64,000 nt of DNA from Octopus vulgaris (taxonomy: Eukaryota), in contig OX597824.1 in the NCBI GenBank assembly GCA_951406725.2, positions 2,604,001-2,668,000 on the forward strand. Direction: 5' to 3'. Under the pieces are notes generated by a model, which was not told the DNA's origin, did not search any database, and saw nothing but the letters and a program-made list of their open reading frames with translations. Shown piece by piece: positions 1-14,035 of the stretch; within the stretch, counting starts at the first letter, position 1, and each line of letters begins with the position of its first letter. The position numbers and the translations under genes are program-made.

Positions 1-403
1 CAGGCATGTGGAGGATAATCATCCTGTTATTACAATTGTACACAAAGATACAGATGAGTGGGTCATGATGGATACCGCCATTCTTACTACTCGCCAAAAC
101 GTGGAGAATTCCGAGAGAGTGAAAGTAAACGAATACGTACGGGAAATACATCAAGTGACAATCAAAATTGATTCTTTTATTTTCAGTGCACTCGGAACAA
201 TTTCAAAGATATCTGGATGCAATATCTTAAATCTTAGACATACATTATATATTAGCGAGTGCAAAGCTGGTTGAGATGCTTGCAACGGCTCGTGGGCTTA
301 GAAAAGTGTTGTGCCCCTCAGCTCCTGTCCGTAGCTGAGGAATAATTACACACAACCCGACAGTAAAAGATCCATGTTTTGGAGTCCAACAACTGCAATA
401 ATA
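1..403 (+). mobile_element. 3' end of R4/Dong-like non-LTR retrotransposon (REL endonuclease relic)
   Basis: DNHPVITIVHK...MMDTAI...E..KV..Y...SALGTISK resembles the RPDI..IDIA..EK..KY..GALG restriction-like endonuclease; ends in a short (AAT)n. Confidence 0.6.
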
Positions 404-404
404 A

Positions 405-842
405 TGGCTTCAAATTTTGGCACAATGCTAATAGTTTCAGGGTGGGTCTAAGTCGATTACATCGACCCCAGGACTCAACTGGTACTTATTTTGTTGATCC
501 AGGAAGTATGAGAGGCAAAGTAGACCTCGCAGGCATTTGAATTCAGAACGTAAAGACGGACGAAATGTCACTAGCCATTTTGTCCGGCACGCGAACGATT
601 CTGCCAGCTCGCCCCCCTTAGCAACAACAATAATAATTCTAATCCTTTCTTCTATAAGTACAAGGCCTGAAATTTTTTGTTGGGGAGGTGGCTAGCCGAT
701 TACATCGACCCTAGAGTTCATCTGGTACTTATTTTATCGACCTCGAAAGGGTGAAAAGCGAAGTCGACCTCGACAGCATTTGAACTCAGAACACAAAGAA
801 AGACGAAATGCCACTAACCATTTGCCCAGTGTGCTCGCTGCC
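405..842 (-). mobile_element. Two tandem copies of the same SINE family
   Basis: Both contain GATTACATCGACCC...GGTACTTATTT...AAGTCGACCTC...TTTGAACTCAGAAC. Confidence 0.8.
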
Positions 843-1613
843 TTAACAATGAGGGGGAGGAGGAGGAGGAGGAGGAGGGGGAGGGGGGGAGGAGGGGGAG
901 GGGGAGGAGGAGGATTATCATTATTATTATTACTATTATCAATAGCTCCACGAAAAGCAATATGGTGAAAGTTTAACTAGTTTTGATAAAATATAATCAG
1001 TGAAGAAAAAAGAGAGAAGAAAACGGCTGGAAGACATTAGAATCATAATTCAGAAATTGAAAACAAAAATTACTTTATATTCTACAAAAGTAACAGAACC
1101 AACATAAAAAGATTCTCCCCGAATGAAAATCCCGATATTGAAAACAACCAGTAAATTTTCGTTGTGAATATGGGTCTTTTAGAGATTCTAAGTCAAAGAC
1201 ACGAAATAAATGAAATAATAAATAATGTCTGATGAAAAAAAGAAGAATCTTTTGAGAAACATTTGAAAACATTCGATTGGAGAAAACATAAAAATGTAAT
1301 AGAGTCTTGAAAGCAAAATATCAAAGAGTAGATGGATTCAACGAGGAGCACCATCATAAACATCTTGTACGATGACACAAAACTCGTTGAACAAAAACAA
1401 TATCAAAGAAAATAAAGGGTATTTATTATATCGTAATCTTGTTGATGTTATTTGGTTCTGAAGAATGACGATAACATTTCTTTCAATGAAGATATGCCCA
1501 AAGCTAGCAAGATTCTAACAAAACAAAATCAACTTTAGACAGAAAGAGAATCGAGAGGAAAGGGACAATATAAGTGTAATCGAAATGTTGGAAATTGTAA
1601 GGAATCTTAGTCA

Positions 1614-1854
1614 TACAGTTCTATATCTAAGAGATGAGGAATTATGTACATTATTCACATCATTTACATTTGATGGCTATTTGTCCTCATCTTGTTTGTT
1701 GTTAACACAACGTTTCGGCTGATATACCATCCAGCCTTCATCAGCTGTCTTGGGGAAATTTCGATCCTGGGTTCTCATTCCTAAAGTATTTTTCGATGTT
1801 ATTATTAATAATAATACTACTAATAATAATAACTAATAATAATAACATCGAAAA
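1614..1854 (-). mobile_element. Second copy of the hammerhead-containing tail
   Basis: Reverse complement aligns to 8234-8427; hammerhead core CUGAUGA 1744-1738 and GAAACGUU is intact. Confidence 0.75.
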
Positions 1855-1857
1855 GAA

Positions 1858-2045
1858 CTGACATTTCAGAGTTCTTCCCTTTGAAACCAAAAAGGTTTTA
1901 CATTGATGGGATTAAAAAGCTTGTAAATAGATGGAAGTCCTACATAATCAGGTAAAGTACATTGATGATTAAATTTCAATTAAATATAACATTTGATCAC
2001 TTGTTTTCTTTATTTAAAATTCGGACAGAACTTATGGGATGATAC
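1858..2045 (+). mobile_element. mariner 3' fragment with TIR
   Basis: FYIDGIKKLVNRW-like transposase C-terminus followed by a CGGACAGAACTTATGGGATGA terminal repeat. Confidence 0.65.
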
Positions 2046-2399
2046 ATGAAGACTATCTCTTCATAGAATGCATTCTTTGTCACAAAAGAATTTCCTGAGC
2101 CATCAAGGAATCATTTTGTGGTCGTTTAACTTGCTAGAAATAGCAAAATCTTTCTCATATTACACACACTACTGTCTTTGAAAAAGTGTATTTAGCTTCA
2201 AGTGCATCCGAGTAAAGGAGAGGATGGTCCGAGATCTTAGTAATTTCTATTTTTCCATCTTTTCCTGCTCTTTGTCCCCTACGCGTGCATTCCCAGGTAT
2301 GGCAATCTCTGTGATCTTTATTATCGTCTTAATTCTCAGAACGCTCGGTCTTGTTTGTTCTGGTAAATTCTGTGAGAGTAGACAGCAGCCTGCCGTCAC

Positions 2400-2760
2400 A
2401 GGTCTCACAGGGTCTCTTTCCGCACATTATACAGTTTGATACTTGGTTGTTAATTATCGTGGGAGACATTCAACATCCAAGTACCGAGTCTCAAAATCCT
2501 AGCTGCCCCCGACAGAGCAGTTTTTTAGACTTGTTCTGCTTTCATGTCAATTCCGCTTTCTTCGACATATTTCTTGAACTTGGTTGTTAGTGCTCCGAGT
2601 GGCCCTACGACTACTGCAATGACAGACACTCTCCTCATAGTATGTATTCTTGCAATTTCATCTTTTAGTAGCCTGTACTTTTCAATCTTTTCTAGTTCTT
2701 TGTCACTTATGCATGCATCTCGAGGTATCGCAATATCTTTACTTGATAAAATCATTATTA
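2400..2760 (-). mobile_element. 5'-truncated R4/Dong-like LINE, REL endonuclease C-terminus
   Basis: DIAIPRDACISDKELEKIEKYRLLKDEIARI...VIAVVVGPLGA...V*KTALSGAARILR. Confidence 0.75.
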
Positions 2761-2818
2761 TTGATAAAAGAAATCATCATTATTATTATTATTTTTATTA
2801 TTATTATTATTATTATTA

Positions 2819-2852
<34 letters not shown>

Positions 2853-2902
2853 CATCATCATTATTAATATATTGATGATTATGACGACGACGACGACGTC
2901 GG

Positions 2903-4007
<1,105 letters not shown>

Positions 4008-5395
4008 TCCACCGAGGCCGACTTTGCCTTTCATCTTTTCAGGGTTCGCTGTAAGTGATTTGTCCTCTGCCCCCCAAATTTCAGGCCTTGTGCCTATTTT
4101 AGAAAGAATTATTGTCATAACTACGACGCCGACCAACTGCATTCCAGATTCGACCATCTTGCCGTTATTACACTATTTAGTGCAACATGACTTTTTTTTT
4201 CCTCAAGACAGTAACAATAATGTGTAATTTTGCAGTATATTCGGTTTCATAGCAACTACATGAAAGGCCCATTATTGGCTTGTAAATCAAACGGGTTTTG
4301 CTTTTGTGTTACCCGAGATCACCCCCTTACCAACCAGACCAAACCGGTTCCAGCGACAATTGTTCAGTAATTTTGTTCAGACGCAGCTTGGATTCATTGT
4401 CTTTTCATTTTTAAGACTGTGGGGGTAAACTTTAAGGCAGATTCATTTGCCGTTTCTAGCAAATTAATTAACTGCATACAAAAATAATACGATATGTTTC
4501 AAGTCAACGTGGCCCATATCTCAATAGATTAACCATTCGATTACTGAAGCTCATGATTGCCTGCTTACGACATTCACAATAAATTAATGAATCATTCAGT
4601 TTAATTACAAAACTAAACTCTACCTTTCGATAGGTCAATGTTTCGAAGATAAAAAAAGAAAACTAATAGAGTTGTTCAGTATCATTAGAGTTATGCAGTG
4701 AAGTTCTAAAGTCGGGGCGAGTTCATAAGAAATGAAATCGGATATTTCTATTCTGATTCTTCGTTTGATGTGTAATAAGAGGCTTTTTATTTAGGCCAAT
4801 GAAAGTTAATTATTGCAGCGTCAGTGACAAAAATATTGATCATGGCTGCGTCGGTTGATAAAACAAAAAACAAAACTTCGTCTGGTATGACTCAATATCA
4901 AGGAAAATACTTTGTCTTGACTCTGCAGAACATCGACTTTTTTCAGAGATTTCTGTAATTTATTTAATGGGTCAAATAGTTGGATTTGATTGAATCACGC
5001 AGCCTTGTATTTAGAGAACTGAAATCAAGAGCGAGCGGTTTGTTGTATCGTTGAACAAATTGCTCCATCGCGTTGCTCCAATCTGGTCAAATGAAATGAG
5101 TACCAACATCCTAGTATTGTCACAGCCCTCCATCTGGTGAGAGATCAATATTATTTATTTAAAGGACGCAATACATGTGTTTAAGTGCAACTAATAGTTT
5201 CATATGTTGAAAAAGTATCTCAAGCGTATTCATCAGACTGAAGCCACATATTATAACGTACTAAAAAATTGAATTAGAGAAGAAAAGCGAAAAGTAAAAA
5301 CTAGAATATAAAAAGGACAGAAAGGTAAAAGAGCTATCCTCCTTGGGCCTTAAATGACAAGGCTGGAAAGATATCAACGAGTTAATCAGGTATAT

Positions 5396-5625
5396 ATTTC
5401 TTTACTGCCCACAAGGGGCTAAACAAAGAGGGGACAAACAAGGACAGACAAAGGGATAAAGTCGATTACATCGACCCCAGTGCGAAATTGGTACTTTATT
5501 TATCGACCCCGAAAGGATGAAAGGCAAAGTCGACCTCGGCGGAATTTGAACTCAGAACGTAGCGGCAGACGAAATACCGCTAAGCATTTCGCCAGGCGCG
5601 CTAACGTTTCTGCCTGCTCGCCGCC
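5396..5625 (-). mobile_element. tRNA-derived SINE with central GCCTTTCATCCTTTCGGGGTCGATAAA domain (Meta/MESC-like)
   Basis: A/B boxes. Homologous copies at ~405-620, 640-842, 4008-4110, 18360-18800, 20590-20760, 51058-51240 and 58900-59560. Superfamily name is from memory. Confidence 0.85.
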
Positions 5626-5741
5626 CTAGTTAAATAGGTATAGGCAGAATTTTAAAATTCCTCAAAATATATTTATACATACGTTTGCAGCCGTTGAAAA
5701 TTTCAAACCTAGAGCTCAATGGAGAGTTAAGGATACATACA

Positions 5742-5817
<76 letters not shown>

Positions 5818-6049
5818 GCGGATAGAGGAGTAAATGTAGGGATAAGCAAGTTAGATAGATCAATATATATATTCTTGATATTATCTCCCCTTTCTCAACC
5901 AGAACTATTTCTCATTGCACATTTCCGTTACAAGTATATCTGTGTGTGCTTGTGTGAATATATGTGTGTGTGTGATGTACGTACGCATATATGAATACAT
6001 GCATGTACACACACACATAGATATAGATTTAAATATGTATGTATGTATG

Positions 6050-6117
<68 letters not shown>

Positions 6118-7953
6118 TATACACATACATACATTTATATTGAAGTGATTTTACTACTACAATTAATTTTTTTTACTATAATTATTTCTTAAATATAGCC
6201 ACGAAATACGTGTCGTTATTCTACCAAATATATACGTTTTTATTATTATTTTGCAATTTAGTTAATCATTGGTATATTATTATTTTATTTTTAATATTTC
6301 TATTATATGTAATTTTCTTGATGGTGTAATTTAGTTGTTCATTTCGAATTGATAAAAGGTGTTTTTTTTTCATATATATATCTGAGATTATACTACCTTC
6401 TTTGCGATATTTGACTTAGTGTCTCCTAACTGAAAAATATATATTGAACACCTCTCCTTCACCGAAGGTCTTGTAGGTCAGTATATTTCACCCCCAACAT
6501 CTGACTGGCGTTGAGATCTGTTAATTCTATTCAAACCTTCCTATGACCGCTGTGAGACGTCATTAAATTTCTGTTGTTGAAATACAAAGACATTGTATAA
6601 TATGTTCTCTGTTTCTCCTAAAAACAAGTCATATGTTAATCCATTTAAGTCTTAAGAATGATAAATCACAAAACAACGATAATTATAATAAAGAAAATCA
6701 GAAAGTACTAAATTCGAATTTATTTCGACTTTTTGACTGCTGCGTTCATCGTAAATGTCCAAACATTAAACACTTAATCGAAACGATCTTGAAATTTTAC
6801 GATGCATTCGGTATGTTTACGGCGCCAAAACATTAGTGTAGTGAATGTAAATATTTAGTGATAAAAGCTGACGGGAATCAATAAATAAATTCTAATACGC
6901 TTTTTTTTTTGGTTTGTTTGTTTCTATGTGTTGGAATTAATGGCTGAATATCTTTGCAAACTTTGTTTTCTCTGCTTACAAGAAATCTTAGTGTAACACT
7001 TACGTATTGTTTGTTCACGGTTTATACAGGCCGTTGGAGAAAACAATTTGGTTTAAAAGCTCATCTTGGCGCTTTCACTATTCTTTGGAAACTTTGCTAT
7101 ATCGATTTCAAATCTCTCTGTGATTACTATTTTTTCTTCTATTCATATTTCTGATAAAAGATAAACTAAGAACCGTCAATATTTGCCTGTTTTCCACCCA
7201 CCCCAGCCTTTTTTTCTTTCTTTAGTATTTATAGAGAATTCTTATTTTAAATGTGAAAAAGTTACATAACATTGCACAGGTCGTTTATCCTAATTGTCAT
7301 CAATCGTTTTATATCCGTATTTTTTCTATGGGATTCTCGAAATTTCTTGGGCCAGATGCTCTTCCTGATGTCAACTCTTGTTTTCAAACTAGATTCATTA
7401 TTTTGTCCCGTTACATATCGACCCCGCCGAGCTGCCTGGCCTTTTGTTTACGTGGCTCATTAACTACGTCATCTCTTCTCAAGTGGTCTCCACTTCGAAG
7501 ACACGTTCAGACAATCTCTTTCACACACGCTCATAATATCCACATCATTGTTGTAGATCCACTGCCAAATTCTGCATAGTGCTTTCTTCATCGGCCAGAA
7601 AACGCGAAACCGTCTTCAATGATAAGTGAATTTTGAAACGAGAGTTGAAGTTGGGCCGGTCAATACGAATACAGTGTGGTTATGAACAGAAAAGTAAGAG
7701 AAACGTGGAAAGATTTTTATGGAATATGAAACCGGTCGATTCGATTTCCATTGCAAGCTTTCGCAAAACTTTCGGTTTAACCATCATGCATATTTTTCAC
7801 AACATAATTTATAAATACAAGTCAAATAAACATATTGTCAATGAATTCCGAATACAACCACATTATGTTGATACTATTGTTATTAACACACACACACAAT
7901 GAGATATTCAATGTGTATAGAACTTTTATTGAATATCTATATACTGGCTCGAA

Positions 7954-8427
7954 CATTATTTACATTTGACGGATATTTGTCCTCATCTTGTTTGTTGTTA
8001 ACACAATGTTTCAGCTGATATACCCTCCAGCCTTCATCAGGTGTCTTGGGGGAAATTTCGAATCAGGATTCTCATTCCTAAGGTATTTTTCGATATTATT
8101 ATTATTATTATGCCTACGAGCATATGGCGTAATAGTTAAGAGTGCAGGCTACTAACCCCAAAATTCCGAGTTCGATTCCAGGTAGTGACCTGAATAATAA
8201 TAATAATAACAATAATAATAACAACAACAACAACATCGAAAAATACCTTAGGAATGAGAACCCACGTTTGATATTTCCCCAAGACACCTGATAAAGGCTG
8301 GAGGGTATATCAACCGAAACGTTGTGTTAACAACAAACAAGATCAGGACATATATCCGTCAAATGTAAATAAGGTAATTAATGTAAATGGGGTACATAAT
8401 TCCTCATCTCTTAAATATAGAACTGTA
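7954..8427 (+). mobile_element. tRNA-headed SINE-like element with hammerhead-containing tail and inverted 5' partial copy
   Basis: A box (8125-8135), B box GAGTTCGATTCC (8168-8179), (AAT/AAC)n, then tail 8234-8427. Inverted copy of the tail at 7956-8095. Degenerate flanking direct repeats at 7942-7953 and 8426-8437. Confidence 0.75.
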
Positions 8428-11209
8428 GTGGCTTGAAGTTTTATTCCCAGAAAACTCTAGATAATCACCATACAATAACACAACAGTTCAACACAAATAT
8501 CAGGAGCGGTTTTCACTTTATTTTTTTTATCAGATTCTTTTCAAATGGCGTCCAGAGCTTCCCGTTCTGTATGGTGTGATAGAAGGAGCACAACAAAGTA
8601 AAAGTACATATTCATGTTTGATGTTAGGTCTGAGCTATTTCCATACGGCACGTTTAACTGGAGCGAATAATCAATTCAACGTATCTCTATTCTGCTAAAT
8701 CAAAACGATACCATTTTCGTTTCTGAATTTTTCTCAGCAAAATTTCCCCTTTCACTCAACCTTTTGTAAACAATCACATATGATTCGTCCCAAAGAATCA
8801 ACCTTTAAATAAAAGTTTCACTTCCACATAGCTTTCAGAAAGCTTCATAACAATTTAACTTTATGCAGCACTCGCTGTTAGGGGCTTTTGTTAGCTTATC
8901 TCTACGAAAAAAATAGCTCCCTTTGCTGTTGAATAGAATAAACTCGTAGAAGGGAAGTTTCAACGTCTTCCTTCAATTTCCTTTCACCATTTATGTGACA
9001 GTTTCTGACAAGAAATTTCGCTTTCATTGTAGTCGTTATCCATAATCTACTCCCAGAACACTTCAGTAACTCTACTTTGCATCGTTTGCAAACATATGTC
9101 CTATGATCATTAAAGTGCAATGACCTCCTCCACAATAACCAGCCTTCAATTTCACTTTCTGTTCCAAGGTTAATCGGAAACACACTACTCATAAAGCTTC
9201 TCGGTAGTTCAAGTATTTGGCGAAAAAAATACCACCAAAGCAACTTAAACCGTCCAATATACGGGTGCGTTCGACAGTATAATATACATACATATATATA
9301 TATATATATATAGCAATTGAAGAGAAGAGTAAATTTTCCTATCTTCATTGGATGATCTTAACAAGTTCCATGCTTACGGATGCCATCGTATGTCTGCTTT
9401 CAAATTTTAGTTTGCGTACGGATAACGACTGTGAGTGAAGAGGATCAGCATCTTATTAGAAGTGACAGCGAGAATATGATTTATATAGAAAACCAGTGAG
9501 AGGCATTACCATTCGCAGAGCAGAACCGATGCCATTGATTGTGTTGTGTTTAAATTGTTTTTGTTGGTAAATCAGGGAACCAGAGAAAGACGGCCATAAA
9601 TCATTCGTATGAGCAGTGAATCAAATCCCAAACAGACAAGTCATTCTTTATCTGGTATTATTTATAAGTATAAGTTAATCGTTTAGAGATAACGTTGACA
9701 GTTACTCGTCATTTTCTTGGTGAGATGGGCGTTGACTTTATCCTCCTGGACCTAAGTGATAACATGCAATCTATTCATCAGATTTTCCTTATCTAGTATG
9801 TATATATATATATATGTATGTGTGTGTGCGCGCATATATATACAGACGGAGAGATACAGATATATTTTATATGTATGTATACAAATATGTGTGTACGCGC
9901 GCGTGCCTGTATGTGTGTGTTAAAAGGATCCCGTTTACTTCTCAAATCAGTCAAACAACGATTCTTGTTCACTGGAGTTGAAAAAACATTTTGAAACTTT
10001 GTCTATTTTGTTAAAGTAATGCTATACAAAACGGATTTTGACATTCAGTTTCAAGGAATCACTTTCTGATTCCGAATCCTTCCGAGATCACCTTGCCTTT
10101 AATCCATTCTAAGTGGATGGAAAAAAAAGCAGAAATTCCTAATCCTTTCATTCAAATTAAGTTCCACAAGGATTAATTAACATTTTTCCTCAGTTTAATT
10201 TCTCAGCTGAAACATTTATGTAACTGAATATGCAGCTTAAATAAATAACAGTATTAACCCCAAAACACGTTTGTTTGTTTTTTGAGAGTGGTCAAAGTCT
10301 TGCTGATACAAGTTCCAAATTTCAGGTTAAATCTTAGAGAACCTCAATCATCAATTTTGTTTAAAAGTGCATCTAAAAGTTAGAATATCCTGACACATCT
10401 AGAAACTGCTTTGATATTTTGCAAATTATATCAATTTTTAACAGGCTTTATATTGAGTAATTCTGCAGCTCACAATGCAAATTTTCAACTTAGTTTCCCA
10501 GTAATACATTTGATAATCCAAAGAGCTCCACGGGCCACAGGTTGGGAACAGTTAATATAAAATACCAGTTGAATATTTTAGGTCGATTTAATTGACTGCA
10601 CATTTCTTCAGAAGAATGGTGCCCTATGACAGAAGTCAAATTAGAGCCGTATGTCTTGTATTAAAGAACTGGAATCAAAATGGGTTTAACATTTTGAGAT
10701 ATCATTCTTCGGATAATTTCTGAAGCAACAAGATTTTTAGCACAAACATCAGGAATATGGAATAATGCCAAATGTGCCGTCTCATAAGGGATAGCCATTG
10801 AGTGAGGAGAGGTGAAGAAAGACATGACTCATGAAAGATAATTATGAACTGAAGTTGAAGGAACACAAGAAGGATAACCATGAGATGAAATGAAGGAAGG
10901 CGTGGCTTCTGAAGGATGGCTATGAGGTGACATGGAGGAAGACATGACTCACAAAAGATAACAGTGAGGTGAGGTGAAGAGGGGTGACTGGCGAAAGACA
11001 AGACTGAAATACTGAGATGAGGTGAGGGAAGATGTCACTCACAAACAATGACAATGAAATAGAATGAAGGAAGTCATGCCTCATGAAGGAATACATTTTG
11101 CTCAGTTGTGTTTCCAAAAATATCTGCAACATTTGATAATTTGAACTTCCATTGTCTCAGTGGATAGTCCATCAATTTTAAGCAGTAAGCTTTCCCGTTT
11201 CATACCAAA

Positions 11210-11573
11210 CTAGCACTATGACCCGGTGTTGCCAGGTCATAGTGCTAGTGCATGCACATACAGCTGCATGCATGTGCACATACATGAGAGTACTGTCGAA
11301 ATCTCTGATCAATCACATACAGCTAGCTGGCATTCAATTGGCGTATCAAGTTTCGGGCATTTTGATTGGGTTTTGATAGAAAATTCACAAAAAACTCACT
11401 TCTATTGATTTTTTAATGGCTTTGCAGGGTGACTGGGGAAATGTAAAGATATGCACGACGATCCGGGGGACGGTTTTGAATGATCATAGAAAGTGCGAGC
11501 CTTCTAACTGAAAAATTGTGGATTAGTATAAAGGACACACACACAGACATTTTGCCGTTTATATATATAGAGA
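11210..11573 (-). mobile_element. Non-autonomous Helitron
   Basis: Minus strand A|TCTCTATATAT...CTAG|T termini, 5' (TG)n tract and 3' hairpin (11209-11249). Confidence 0.7.
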
Positions 11574-11869
11574 TAATACAAAATTCAGCATTGACATAAA
11601 ATCTGAAATCATATCTGCATGTATTTAGTTTCTCTCAACATGAAATTTGTCCTTGTGTTGGCCTTTTTTCGCAACTTTGGATCAGGATTACACGGAGAGG
11701 TTTGACAGTTTCTCAAATCTGCTTATGTAACAATAAAACCATTTAGATTTATCTACCGGGTGAGTGAAAACTAACTCCCTATTTTAAAATACTTATAAAT
11801 CATTTATTAATTGTCATTTTTTTCTCAAATTTTTTTATTGCTTTTTCAAGGATGAGAATTTATTCTTTA

Positions 11870-12269
11870 ATTGTATTGCTCTTGTGACTGAATGCCCAGT
11901 TTCCCAGGAGATGGATGGGCCATTGTTGTCCGTGTGAGTGGCCAGCCAGAAGTCACAACTTAACACTCTGTGACTTTTTTCTCTGGGATTGGTTAAAGGA
12001 ACAAGTCTTATGTACCAAACCAAAGACTTTCGAAGAACTTGAAGGGCGAATATGAGAAGTTGTCTTCTTCCATCCCACAGGAGTTTCTACTGAAATCGGT
12101 TGATACAATTCCTGGGCGACTCAAGAAGTGGGTGGCAACATCGGGAACCCGCGTCTAATTTTAAATAAAACCTTATGCTAAAAGATTGTCTTTCACATCC
12201 ATTTTTTTGTAATTAATGAATAATTTATAAATATTTTTATACAGGAAGTTACTTTCCAATCACTCTGTA
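11870..12269 (+). mobile_element. Tc1/mariner superfamily (maT/rosa-like) 3' fragment
   Basis: LNAQFPRRWMG...EWPARSHNLTLCDFFLWDWLKEQV (WPxRSPDLxPxDFFLWG motif); ends ...CACTCTG|TA. Confidence 0.75.
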
Positions 12270-12359
12270 CACCTGAAGTTACTAAATTGGCCCTGGTGGA
12301 GGATCCTATTGCTACAGCAAAACTAAATGCATTTGTATATGACACCATATATTTATTTT

Positions 12360-12445
12360 TAGATATATATAACATATACAATATACAATGTATATAAATA
12401 CAATAAATATGTGACATTAGACACACACACACAAATATATATAAG

Positions 12446-12510
<65 letters not shown>

Positions 12511-12539
12511 ACAATAAATATGTGGCATTACACAAACAA

Positions 12540-12585
<46 letters not shown>

Positions 12586-12840
12586 TGATAGATAGATACA
12601 TACATACATACATATGTATACATGCAAATAAATGTATATGCACGATATATATATACACATACACATATATACATATATATATATATATACATATATTTAT
12701 ATTTATATATGTATATATTTATATATGTATTTATATATATATATATATATAGACACACATATATATATATAGACACATATATGTATGCCTATGTGTATGC
12801 ATATATATATACATATATGTATTTGTGTGTGTGTATGTGT
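12360..12840. repeat. (TA/CA)n microsatellite field
   Basis: Directly visible; similar fields at 5733-6135 and 39975-40280. Confidence 0.95.
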
Positions 12841-13826
12841 TGCTTTTATTTTTTTATGTATTTCTCCTCCTTTTGCCTCTTCAATATTCAACACAATATG
12901 TTCCCATGTATTTGGCAAACCATTAAATGTGTTAACTCATCTCAGCTTCTTAAAATCAACAGACAATGAGCACAATGTAAATTAATGCAAATGTTAGGAG
13001 CGACAAAATAATGCCACGGATTTGTGTCTCCAAGAACTTACCATTTGCTTTCGCTCCACAGAACTCACCAGGAAAACATTGCAAAGACAATCACCTGCGA
13101 GTAAATACCGTTCTACAACTTGGCACAAATAAATATCTCCTTTAATAATGGTTCAATACTTAGAACGTGGTAAAAGCTGAGTGTGTAATGACCAAGTTTT
13201 GCTTGTATAACTGATAAACTGACCTTTCAGAAATCATTCACATTAACGGACATTTTCATTTCTAGAAGGACCTCATTCTTCAACACAGTTTCTCTGTCGT
13301 TTCTTCAAATGCTAAATAATGAAGTCTTTAAATAATAAGGCCTGCAGTGTTTTATTATTATTTTTATTTTTATTATTATTATTATTGTTTGTTAAGTTAG
13401 TTTTCTAAAAGACGAGGCTCTTTGCCTATTTATCAACAATTACTTCAAAAACAACATTTTCAGATATTAAAAGAGAAAAACAAAAGAAAAAGAAATGAAT
13501 GAAAATACGTACATTGAATGTATGAACAACATCAACAACAACAACATACAATGCCTACAAAATGTCACTTGCCATAACTTTGGTTTCATTTTCTTTTGGT
13601 GTTTTGCGTTTTTATTTTCTTCCTTACTCTGTTTTACTTTTATTTTTATATATATTCTTTTCTTCGCATTATAAGTTCTTTGTTGAAGCTTTCTAATTTG
13701 AAAGTTTATGTTTCAACACGGAAAAGGTCAGTTTTCTTCATGGAAACGAACAGGGGAACAAGTGATGTAATGTTGTGACAGAGAGGTAGAAAGAGAAGCA
13801 GATAGAGAGAAGCAGATAGAGAGAAG

Positions 13827-13894
<68 letters not shown>

Positions 13895-13905
13895 TAGACC
13901 TTCTC

Positions 13906-14035
13906 TCAGTAGTCCACATCAAAATCGCTGTTTTCATTGTCACTGTCGTCAAACACAGGAGATTCACTTTCTCTGACCGTTTTGCTGGCTTTGATCACAG
14001 CATCAACAGAATTGCTGTTGGGCAAGAATCCATGT
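13906..14035 (-). CDS. PDCL: PDCL last coding exon (HGFLP...DSDNENSDFDVDY*)
   Basis: Polypyrimidine tract plus gcag acceptor, phase fits, acidic C-terminus, TGA at 13908-13906. Confidence 0.88.

Noticed and set aside
852-913. GGA/G-run tract with Arg/Gly ORF (780-968)
   Set aside because: Simple (GGA)n repeat beside a SINE; G4-capable but with no context suggesting function.
940-1600. A-rich coding-like stretch
   Set aside because: Multiple stops in all frames and no motif I can name; probably an old retroelement remnant.
8500-9348. 148-aa minus-strand ORF, possible Tigger/pogo relic
   Set aside because: Only faint CENP-B/pogo-like resemblance across broken frames; cannot be supported as a gene or a confident element.
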